The notes beneath the pieces are model-generated. The model had not been told where the DNA came from, did not search any database, and saw only the letters and a program-made list of their open reading frames with translations. 48,208 nucleotides of DNA from Candidatus Kaiserbacteria bacterium CG10_big_fil_rev_8_21_14_0_10_59_10 (lineage in GTDB: Bacteria > Patescibacteriota > Minisyncoccia > Phycocordibacterales > UBA2100). Position 1 is the stretch's first letter. Each line of letters begins with the position of its first letter. The stretch is taken from the NCBI GenBank assembly GCA_002773285.1, contig PFBM01000014.1:1-48208 (forward strand). Reading direction: 5' to 3'. The position numbers were made by a program, and so were the translations under genes. Positions 39,038 to 46,706 of this stretch are shown here, in pieces.

Positions 39038-39915
39038 ATGTCCTCGGGGTTCTCACCGTACACTCCTTTGAGTAAATCAAGGTCTTTGCCACTCTTGGTA
39101 AGCAAGTCGACGTTTTTACACTCCATTGCGCGCAGGAACGACTGGCCACGAGCGTCATCCGAGAGTCTTCGGGCATAGAGCTCACTCAGCGCCGCCATGT
39201 CTTTTATAAAACAGTGGCCACCCGCTCCCCGACCCTGCTTCGCGCCCGGGTGCCCGCTTGCGTGCACCGGCTTTGCATACCTGTTGCACACGAGGGGATC
39301 GTTCCGGATGGCCTCCTCGATGGTATTCCAATCGCAGCCAAGAGATCGGGCTAGATCGTACATCATGTTGAAAAATACGATTTGGATATAGCCGCTCCCG
39401 TTGTGGGTGTATTTGATCAGCTCTGCCTCCGTGCTCGTACAGGTAAGCGAATACTGTGCCTTGGGCAACACCGAATGCACGAGCTCGGCGGCCGCCCTGT
39501 GCCGCTCGCTCTCCTCAGGCATACCGATGATGTTTGAAAAAGGATGCGCGGCATCCTCGGCAGCCGTCCTCTCGCTCAGGAACTCCGGCGAGTACAGTAT
39601 GGTGACAGTATTGTGCCTATTCTGCAGCTCAGCTGTAGTTCCCGGCAGAACGGTCGATTTAATAACAGCGATCTTTCCTTCCCCGACCAGCTGAAGAACA
39701 CTCTCAACGACGCTCAGGTCAAATTGACCAGATGTTGTTGGCGTCGGCACGGCGATTATCACTACATCGCATTCAGCTACCTTTGCTTTATTGCCATTGT
39801 ACGGCTCCTCCAGGGCGTAGCGCACTACCGCATAGCCGCGACGCTCAAAATCGTCGGCGTAGTTTTTTCCGATGTACCCCTGTCCTATAAACCCAACGAG
39901 CAGCTTGTTTGCCAT
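39025..39915 (-). CDS. UDP-glucose/GDP-mannose dehydrogenase family, short form
   Basis: GQGYIG, AVPTP, IKSTVLPGT, PEFL, AELIKY, GGHCFIKD. Confidence 0.88.
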   Translation of the reverse strand: MANKLLVGFIGQGYIGKNYADDFERRGYAVVRYALEEPYNGNKAKVAECDVVIIAVPTPTTSGQFDLSVVESVLQLVGEGKIAVIKSTVLPGTTAELQNRHNTVTILYSPEFLSERTAAEDAAHPFSNIIGMPEESERHRAAAELVHSVLPKAQYSLTCTSTEAELIKYTHNGSGYIQIVFFNMMYDLARSLGCDWNTIEEAIRNDPLVCNRYAKPVHASGHPGAKQGRGAGGHCFIKDMAALSELYARRLSDDARGQSFLRAMECKNVDLLTKSGKDLDLLKGVYGENPEDICAS

Positions 39916-40049
39916 AACGCAGCAGTATAGCCGTTTTCATCCCTCGGCGCACGCCCCCACACTAACCCGGCATAATTTCTACGCTGCATTGTAGCCCGCC
40001 ATAAAAAACGGTGGCGTTGTGGAAAAATTGCGTACGTGAATCTGAAAAA

Positions 40050-41129
40050 TCATACCGTGATGCCAGGGTTAGTGTGGAGGCACGCCCGTATGTCATCGCA
40101 ATATGCTTGCACATACTCATCAAGCGACGCGTACGGATACCGCTTGAGCTCGCCGCGGCACGGCCCTTCCTTGAGCCACTCGCGAAGCGCATCCACGAAC
40201 CCCTCCTCCGTCGTAACGATAGCGCCGGCCTCGCGGGCAACGCCAACGTCCGTGGAAAGCACCGGCGTGCCGGCAGCAAGCGCCTCTATGATGACGAGTC
40301 CATACCCTTCATAGTGCGATGTGACGAGCACAAGATCCGCCAGTTTGTAGTACGACGCCGGATCCCCCTCCCCCTCGAAGAATATTCGATCGTCGCATGC
40401 GCATTCCTTTGCAAAGGACTGCAGCAGCGATCGCTCACTTCCCTCGCCTACAATGATAAGGCACGCATCCCTTGGGGCTACCCGTGCGAAGGCGCTTACA
40501 GCAAGCTTCACGTTTTTCTCCGGCTCGAGGCGCGAAACGACGAGCAATTTCGTCTTGAACGCCGAGAATCGCGCCTTGAGTGCGGCATCCGACGGCGCGC
40601 TGCGATAGCGGGCGACATCAACGTATATCGGGAGAACGGCGGGTACGGCCCGCTGCCCATAGCCCGTAGCTTGCAGCGAGCGTGCGATACGCTCGCTCAC
40701 GACGCGGATACGGGTAGCACGAGCAAGAACATGGGGCATAACGAGAGTCCTGATACGGTTCAGAAAGGAGCGGCGAAATTGCGCCGCAAACGGGTCCGTA
40801 TGCAGTTGCACATGAAGCGGCTTGCCGCGGCGCGCAAGGAGACCGACTAATCCGGATTCGAACGGATCCTGGACGGTCACGACATCGGCTGGCAGGCGGC
40901 GCGCGATGCGCGCAGCGTCAAGAACATATAATGTTTTCAAACGTGAGTTGGTCGGATACAGGTGAAGAGGGCCTGCGTGCACTGTTGCAAGAGCATGCGA
41001 GCGCAACGAAAATACCACCACGTGCATTTCGCCGAATGTTTCCGCATAGCGCGCCGCGCGTACGCGTGCGGCGCTTCCTTCCCGAAACAATGCCCTATCG
41101 GAACCGATAGAAAGCACACGCATAGTCAT
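40050..41129 (-). CDS. Glycosyltransferase family 4
   Basis: QDPFESG, SRLEPEKN, SHYEGYGLVIIEA. Confidence 0.9.
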   Translation of the reverse strand: MTMRVLSIGSDRALFREGSAARVRAARYAETFGEMHVVVFSLRSHALATVHAGPLHLYPTNSRLKTLYVLDAARIARRLPADVVTVQDPFESGLVGLLARRGKPLHVQLHTDPFAAQFRRSFLNRIRTLVMPHVLARATRIRVVSERIARSLQATGYGQRAVPAVLPIYVDVARYRSAPSDAALKARFSAFKTKLLVVSRLEPEKNVKLAVSAFARVAPRDACLIIVGEGSERSLLQSFAKECACDDRIFFEGEGDPASYYKLADLVLVTSHYEGYGLVIIEALAAGTPVLSTDVGVAREAGAIVTTEEGFVDALREWLKEGPCRGELKRYPYASLDEYVQAYCDDIRACLHTNPGITV

Positions 41130-42130
41130 GTGCGCCTAAGCGCGGTGCATATTTCCCGTGCCATGTCTTCCCATGAGTGTTCGAAGGAGAACGCCCGGCA
41201 GGCGCCCTGCAGTTTTGCGTACACTCCCGGCTCGAGCATCCTCTCCACGGCACCCTCCAGTTCTTTCTCTGAGCGCATGTCGATGAATATCCCGCACTCG
41301 CCCAAGCGCTCCTTCGTGCCGGTGTCCCGCGCCATGATGAACGGTTTCCCGCGCGCCACCGCCTCTATCGCCGTATTCGAACATATCTCGCTGAAGGCCG
41401 GCAGTATGACGGCGTACGATCTCTCCAAGCGCTTCAGGTGCTCGGAATACGGAAGCGCGCGGGCATCGAGCGAAACGCCGCTGTGCTTTGCTGCTATGCG
41501 CGCGACCACTCGCTCGACCATGCCGGCATTCTTGAGGAACATATCTCTGCCCGCGCTCACGAACACAATTCCGTCGGGAGCGCGCTGAGCCGCCTTCGGC
41601 GGATAATAGTTTTCCAGTAGGTGTACTCGGGAATCGGAAAATTCATAGGCGTCCCGCCATACTTCCCGCTGGAAACGCGTCGTAAAGAAGAGGGCATCCG
41701 CGCCTCGCACGAGGGAGCGTATGCCGCGGAACGTACACCGTTCCCGTATCGTGAACCTCCTCTTCGCCGAATAAAACTCAGAGAGCAGTATCGGCTCTCT
41801 CGTCCGCTCCACATATATTTCCCACAAAAAATCTCCCCCGATGCGCACCGCGAAACGTTTCCTGCATAGGCGTGCAGCGACAAAAGCGGGAAAACCGACA
41901 CTCCATGTATCAAGCGCGAATACGACATCGCTTCGCAACACTCGTGGAATGATGCGTATCCCATACATAAGATGCCGCAACCCAGACGGAAGCATTCTCT
42001 CCAGTGCATTACGCTCGACAAGGTCGACCGTATGCCCTGCCGATTCAAGCCCGCCCGTAAGGCCCCGCGCGTAAACGCTTAGTGCTTCTATCGACCTATC
42101 CGTAAAGGGTGTCGCGACGAGGAACCTCAT
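41126..42130 (-). CDS. Glycosyltransferase family 4-like
   Basis: RIGGDFLWE, GRDMFLKN, SEICSNTAIEA. Start set at MRFLVATP. Confidence 0.82.
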   Translation of the reverse strand: MRFLVATPFTDRSIEALSVYARGLTGGLESAGHTVDLVERNALERMLPSGLRHLMYGIRIIPRVLRSDVVFALDTWSVGFPAFVAARLCRKRFAVRIGGDFLWEIYVERTREPILLSEFYSAKRRFTIRERCTFRGIRSLVRGADALFFTTRFQREVWRDAYEFSDSRVHLLENYYPPKAAQRAPDGIVFVSAGRDMFLKNAGMVERVVARIAAKHSGVSLDARALPYSEHLKRLERSYAVILPAFSEICSNTAIEAVARGKPFIMARDTGTKERLGECGIFIDMRSEKELEGAVERMLEPGVYAKLQGACRAFSFEHSWEDMAREICTALRRT

Positions 42131-42168
42131 TATTGAATACTCTAGCGCAGGGTGAAATGAATAGCGAG

Positions 42169-42190
42169 GAGGCGCCCGAAGGGGCGCCTC
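42169..42190 (-). terminator. GC-rich hairpin 3' of the small ORF (terminator or stabiliser; weak U-tract)
   Basis: GAGGCGCCC-GAAG-GGGCGCCTC, a perfect 9-bp stem. Confidence 0.5.
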
Positions 42191-42209
42191 AACACGTATG
42201 GCGTGGCGT

Positions 42210-42398
42210 TCACCGAAACGCCGCGTGGATAACTCGGTGGGACCCGTCAACATCCACGCTTTGGATCGCGCGCTCAGCGCGCGATGGCCCTTCGTGTACG
42301 ACGAGGCGATTAGGTAAGGTCATAGATCGCCAAACCGCGACCTGGAGACCAAGCATCGCCTCTATCCAACGCCAATAAGCAACCTGGAACTCCAACAT
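42210..42398 (-). CDS. Hypothetical 62-aa protein
   Basis: AAAGGAGG 7 nt before the ATG, an internal tandem repeat, and a downstream hairpin. Confidence 0.55.
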   Translation of the reverse strand: MLEFQVAYWRWIEAMLGLQVAVWRSMTLPNRLVVHEGPSRAERAIQSVDVDGSHRVIHAAFR

Positions 42399-42478
42399 GG
42401 AGGTTCCTCCTTTCTGTGCTTGCGGTTGCGCTGCCTTCAGCTAACACCCTTGCGACCGATTCTCCAAGGGCACTTATC

Positions 42479-42795
42479 CCCGCACACTTAACCTCCTATT
42501 GCAAACTAAAAGATAAGCGTTCCATCAGAAATCTTCTTGCGTTGCCCCGTAACTTCAGTGCCTTCTCTCGTCGCACGGCGTCACGTTCGTCTCTATACGC
42601 TTCGTAATAAAGCAGTGTAAAGGGGCGCCGAAAGGCCGTTGAGAAACTTTCTCCATTGTTGTGTTTTTTCAGTCTGCGCCTCAAATCATTCGTCCTGCCG
42701 ATATACAGTCGGGAGTCACGCTCGCTCCCAAGAACATAGACGTAATACATGGCACAAGTATGCGATTCGAGGCGATAGGAGGTTAAGTGTGCGGG
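42479..42795. mobile_element. 317-bp element with 21-bp perfect terminal inverted repeats and flanking TTATC direct repeats, encoding only a GIY-YIG nuclease
   Basis: CCCGCACACTTAACCTCCTAT (42479-42499) and ATAGGAGGTTAAGTGTGCGGG (42775-42795) are exact reverse complements. TTATC lies at 42474-42478 and 42796-42800. Confidence 0.75.
42496..42750 (-). CDS. Stand-alone GIY-YIG nuclease (84 aa)
   Basis: YYVYVL..S...LYIGRTNDLRRRLKKHN.G..ST..RP..L.YYEAY....DA..RE..LK. Confidence 0.93.
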   Translation of the reverse strand: MYYVYVLGSERDSRLYIGRTNDLRRRLKKHNNGESFSTAFRRPFTLLYYEAYRDERDAVRREKALKLRGNARRFLMERLSFSLQ

Positions 42796-44007
42796 TTATC
42801 CCCGCCCGAAAAGCGGCACGAACACCTTCTCGTGCATGTCTTTCGCAACGAGGTCCCAGTCGTATTTTTCGACGACCATTGCCTTCGCCGTAGCGACGAC
42901 TGCCCGCACTTTCTCCGGATGCGCCGTGATGTCTTTTACCGCTTCGGCTATCTGCTCCGGCGAATCCTTGTCTACCGCCCAGCCCGTCACGGGCTTGTCG
43001 GGGTCGCGTGTCTGGTCGAAAAGAAAGTCCGCAATGCCGCCCTCTTGCGTCGCAATGACGGGGAGGCCTGCGGCCATCGCCTCCACGAACGAATTCCCCA
43101 TTCCCTCCGAGCGGCTCGGGCGCGTAAAAATGTCGCACGCCTTGAGATACTTCGGCAATTCATCGTGCTCTATTTGCCCGAGAAATTGGACACGCTTTTG
43201 CAGCCCGTGGCTTGTAACCAACAACTTGAGCTCTTTTTCCAGAGGGCCGGTGCCGAGAATGATAAAGTGCACATTCTCCGATAGCAGGGGCAATGCGCGT
43301 ATCACGTCATCGAGCGCGTTTTTATGCACAAGGCGCGACGTGGTGATTATGAATACGTCCCCCATCTTTTTGCCGAGGCGGTCTTTTATCTCGTCTATCG
43401 CGCGCGCTGGATACTCTTGCGAAAAGTGCGCCACATTGACGGCATTCGGGACGAGGACGGGCTTACCGGGAAATCCACGCCTCTTCGCCCAACGTCCGAG
43501 GAAGGTGGAGATGGCCGACACCGCATCGGCCGACGTAAAGGCGCTCTTAAAGAGCGGCCAAAGCGGCAGCATCCTGCGCTCGATATACTCCGGGGGATCA
43601 CCCTCTTGGAGCTCAAGCACGTAGGACACGCGCGGATGGAAGAGCTTGAAAAGCGCCGCCGGCACGCCGCAGGAGTGCGCCATCATCGCCCATATGCAGT
43701 CATAGCGGTGCTTCCGGTGCAGCCGCAGGGCTTTCCACGCGGCGAGGAACTGGAAGAGCAGCTTATTGAGATGCAGCGGCCAGCGACGCAACTCTGCCAT
43801 AGAGGGGCTCGGCCGCGCGATACCAATGCGGTGGACGAGTACGTTGCCGATCTGCTCGACCGTCGGCAGGGTGGAATCGAAACGATTCGTCACCATGTGG
43901 AACTCTATGTCCGGCATTCTGTCGGTCTTTTCTTTTATCGCCACTTCCGCACCCCCGACATGCTTTGGGTAGTACGCGAGCGAGAAAATAAGTACTTTTC
44001 TTTTCAT
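42796..44007 (-). CDS. Glycosyltransferase family 4
   Basis: GGAEVA, TSRLVHKN, RPSRSEGMGNSFVEAMAAG. Confidence 0.92.
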   Translation of the reverse strand: MKRKVLIFSLAYYPKHVGGAEVAIKEKTDRMPDIEFHMVTNRFDSTLPTVEQIGNVLVHRIGIARPSPSMAELRRWPLHLNKLLFQFLAAWKALRLHRKHRYDCIWAMMAHSCGVPAALFKLFHPRVSYVLELQEGDPPEYIERRMLPLWPLFKSAFTSADAVSAISTFLGRWAKRRGFPGKPVLVPNAVNVAHFSQEYPARAIDEIKDRLGKKMGDVFIITTSRLVHKNALDDVIRALPLLSENVHFIILGTGPLEKELKLLVTSHGLQKRVQFLGQIEHDELPKYLKACDIFTRPSRSEGMGNSFVEAMAAGLPVIATQEGGIADFLFDQTRDPDKPVTGWAVDKDSPEQIAEAVKDITAHPEKVRAVVATAKAMVVEKYDWDLVAKDMHEKVFVPLFGRG

Positions 44008-45464
44008 TGCGTTTTGCCTTTGTGCAGCAAGACCTCAGCATACGCATACCGGAGCTGGTTGGCGAATGCGTCGCCCTCGCCCATGGAATGCCGCCTAAGC
44101 GCTCCGGCGGTTATGTCTCCCGCGCGGCGCTCTTGCGCGGCGCTCGTGCCATAGACCTGGTCCGCATCGGAGAGCACCGTCGCGATGAGGCCTCGCTTAA
44201 AGCGCGACACGTCGTCCAGGTCGTGATCCGCAAGCGTGATGAGAAGCGGCAGCCGCGCGTAGCGCTTAAGGAGGACCCCCGCGAGCGCGGCGTAGCTCGC
44301 AAGAAGCGACCATGCGAAGAGATAGCGATGCGCTCTGTGCAACCGGCGCGCTTTCCAGTAACCCAAAAGCGGGAGAAAGAACTTATCGAGCGCGCCGCCG
44401 AAGCCGACGCGGTGTATGTGCACATTGGGAGAGGGCGGCGCGATGCCGCGCGCGCTCGGCGTAAAGACGGTCGTGACAACGTCGAAGGTTACGTCCGGCA
44501 TCGCGCGCGCGAGCGCAAGAAGCGCCTCTTCGGCTAGGCCCACCGTCGGATAGAACGTCGTCGAGAACACGAGCACGCGCTTCTCGCGGGAAGCGCCGCG
44601 CGAGTGCGTCGACACGAATTCCGCTATGTATGCGTCAAGCGCGCGCTTCGGCTGCCAGCCGAGCGCGCGCGATTTCGCCGTATCCAGGCCGGAGCTCATG
44701 CGATTGCCGCCGCGCGCGGGAAGCATGATGATTTCTCCGCCGAAGAGCTCCGCCACCTCGCGTATCGAATAGGCGCGCTCCGCACCGAGCCCATACTCGT
44801 CCCCCTGCCCCCTTTCGCCGATGAGCAATAATCCGTCCACGATGTCGTCCACGTGCGTAAAATTCCTCGTCTGGGTGCCCGGCGCGGTAACTGCGATCGG
44901 CGCTCCGGCGAGGTACATCTGCTTGAACACTTCAATGACGGTACCGTAGAGGCCCGCCCGCTCCCCCGGCCCGTACACGTTGTAAAAATAGGCAATGGCG
45001 TACGGCAGACCGTGGCGCTCTCCACACTCATTCACGCGCTCCGTGTTCGCCGCCTTCGTCGATGCATATGGCGTACGCTCCCGCGCGAGCCCGCCGTCCC
45101 CGAATTTTGTGGACGAGCCGGCGTAGACCAATTTGCAGCCGCGTTTTTTCCAAAACTCAAGCACCGCCCCCGTGCCGACGACGTTCAGGTCGTGAACGGC
45201 ATCCGGCTCCAAAACACTTTGCTCCACGCGCGCATACTCTCCGAGATGGTAGATGATGCCCGGTGTCTCGGGAATGTGCTTTTCAATATCCTTCGTATGC
45301 CCCTCGCGATATTCAACGCCCGCGACATGGTTCGCGCGCGAGCCGGCAAAATAGTTGTCGAGCGATATCACCCGCTTTCCTTCTCCCGCAAGGCGCGCGC
45401 ACAGGCGTGCGCCGATAAACCCGGCCCCGCCCGTGACAACGATTATTTCTTCTCCTTTTTCCAT
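44004..45464 (-). CDS. NAD-dependent epimerase/dehydratase fused to a GT4 N-terminal-like domain
   Basis: VTGGAGFIG, YASTK, YNVYGP, TRNFTHV. The C-terminal part resembles the N-half of the next gene. Confidence 0.85.
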   Translation of the reverse strand: MEKGEEIIVVTGGAGFIGARLCARLAGEGKRVISLDNYFAGSRANHVAGVEYREGHTKDIEKHIPETPGIIYHLGEYARVEQSVLEPDAVHDLNVVGTGAVLEFWKKRGCKLVYAGSSTKFGDGGLARERTPYASTKAANTERVNECGERHGLPYAIAYFYNVYGPGERAGLYGTVIEVFKQMYLAGAPIAVTAPGTQTRNFTHVDDIVDGLLLIGERGQGDEYGLGAERAYSIREVAELFGGEIIMLPARGGNRMSSGLDTAKSRALGWQPKRALDAYIAEFVSTHSRGASREKRVLVFSTTFYPTVGLAEEALLALARAMPDVTFDVVTTVFTPSARGIAPPSPNVHIHRVGFGGALDKFFLPLLGYWKARRLHRAHRYLFAWSLLASYAALAGVLLKRYARLPLLITLADHDLDDVSRFKRGLIATVLSDADQVYGTSAAQERRAGDITAGALRRHSMGEGDAFANQLRYAYAEVLLHKGKTQ

Positions 45465-45473
45465 GCCCGCTAT

Positions 45474-46706
45474 TTATCCTTCCTCGATATCCCACTCTTT
45501 TCTATTGTACCGCCGCACGATGAGCGTCGCTGCAACGCCGGTGAGCATAACGCCGAGAAGACTCACCCACCAGCCGCCGGAGCCGCCGCCGGCTGCTGCC
45601 GCCGCCGCTGCCGCGTAGCGCCCGCGCTCACCAGAAGCGTCGAGGGAATCGAGCGCATGCTCCCCCTCGATAGTGGAAGACGCCCCGGCCGGAGGCAAGG
45701 GTGCAGGCGCTTGTACCGCCTGCGTTGCGCCGCGTATGCGCGCCGCAGGAGAAGGCGCTCGAGGAGCGGCCCGCTCACTCGCGCTCTGCGCCGGGGAAGG
45801 CGCGGGAGAGGCGCCCGCAGGCGCCTCCTCGACCTCGGCGGCAGACGTGACGACCTCTCCGCTCGGAAAGCGGAGCTCGACCAAACTCGATGCGGCAAAA
45901 CGAAGTACGGCAGGAGAGAGACGCAGCGCGCCGTCGGGCAGGAGCATCGTTCCCTCGGGCAGGGCAAACTCCTGCGTGCGATCGGCTACCTTCCAGTGCG
46001 ACACATCCACCTCGCGCCCTGTGCGATTCTCCAGAAGAACGCCGCCGTCCGCCAGGAGCGTGAGGCCGAATTGCGGCGCATCCGCAGTTACCGTAATGCG
46101 GTGCGTCGCGGAAGTATCATAGTGCGACGCTTTCACCACCACAGCGTACCGCCCCGGGTGCATCCATCGATGCGTCACCGCTCGCCCTGTGCCTGTCGTG
46201 CCGTCGCCGAAATTCCAGAAGAAATGCACGCGCTCATCCGCCGGCTTGCGCTCGCCATCAAGCGCACGCGCAATGAGCGAGACCTCCGCACCGGCGACGA
46301 TCGTGCGATCGCCTCCGGCGGTGACGAAGAGTGACGTAATGGGAGCCGATGTGCTCGCTCCGCTCGCGCGCTGCGCGAGCGCCTCCTGCTCACCCTCTCC
46401 TCCGGGGGGTAGACCGGAAGAGTGTCCGCCCTCTATTGTGATGTGGTCTTTGATGTTGCTGAAGATCACTGCGCCAATTCCGCTCACGTTCTGAATCTCC
46501 TCGATGGCCGCGAAGGGACCGTACTGCTGCCGGTAGTCGACGATGCGCTGCGCGATGACCGTACCTATGCCTACCAGCTGGGTAAGCGTCTCCGCATCCG
46601 CCGTATTGATGTTGATAGCATGCGCTGCGTGCGTGAAGGGTGCGGTGCACAGGAGGAGCGCGAGCGCAAAAAGGGCTGCCCTGCCGGTATGTCTAACCGT
46701 TGCCAT
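45474..46706 (-). CDS. ComEA-type HhH DNA-binding protein with PKD domain and C-terminal membrane anchor
   Basis: Signal peptide; ININTADAETLTQLVGIG..IAQRIVDYRQQYGPF..IEEIQNVSGIG; PKD motif WNFGDG...H....PGRY; C-terminal TM helix. Confidence 0.88.
   Translation of the reverse strand: MATVRHTGRAALFALALLLCTAPFTHAAHAININTADAETLTQLVGIGTVIAQRIVDYRQQYGPFAAIEEIQNVSGIGAVIFSNIKDHITIEGGHSSGLPPGGEGEQEALAQRASGASTSAPITSLFVTAGGDRTIVAGAEVSLIARALDGERKPADERVHFFWNFGDGTTGTGRAVTHRWMHPGRYAVVVKASHYDTSATHRITVTADAPQFGLTLLADGGVLLENRTGREVDVSHWKVADRTQEFALPEGTMLLPDGALRLSPAVLRFAASSLVELRFPSGEVVTSAAEVEEAPAGASPAPSPAQSASERAAPRAPSPAARIRGATQAVQAPAPLPPAGASSTIEGEHALDSLDASGERGRYAAAAAAAAGGGSGGWWVSLLGVMLTGVAATLIVRRYNRKEWDIEEG

Noticed and set aside
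42775-42795. Shared GAGGT core between the GIY-YIG TIR and the RAYT palindrome
   Set aside because: Too short to support a link between the two elements.
4904-46334. Long + strand ORFs opposite real genes (e.g. 4904-6157, 9794-11023, 44853-46334)
   Set aside because: Antisense shadows of GC-rich coding genes with no motifs.
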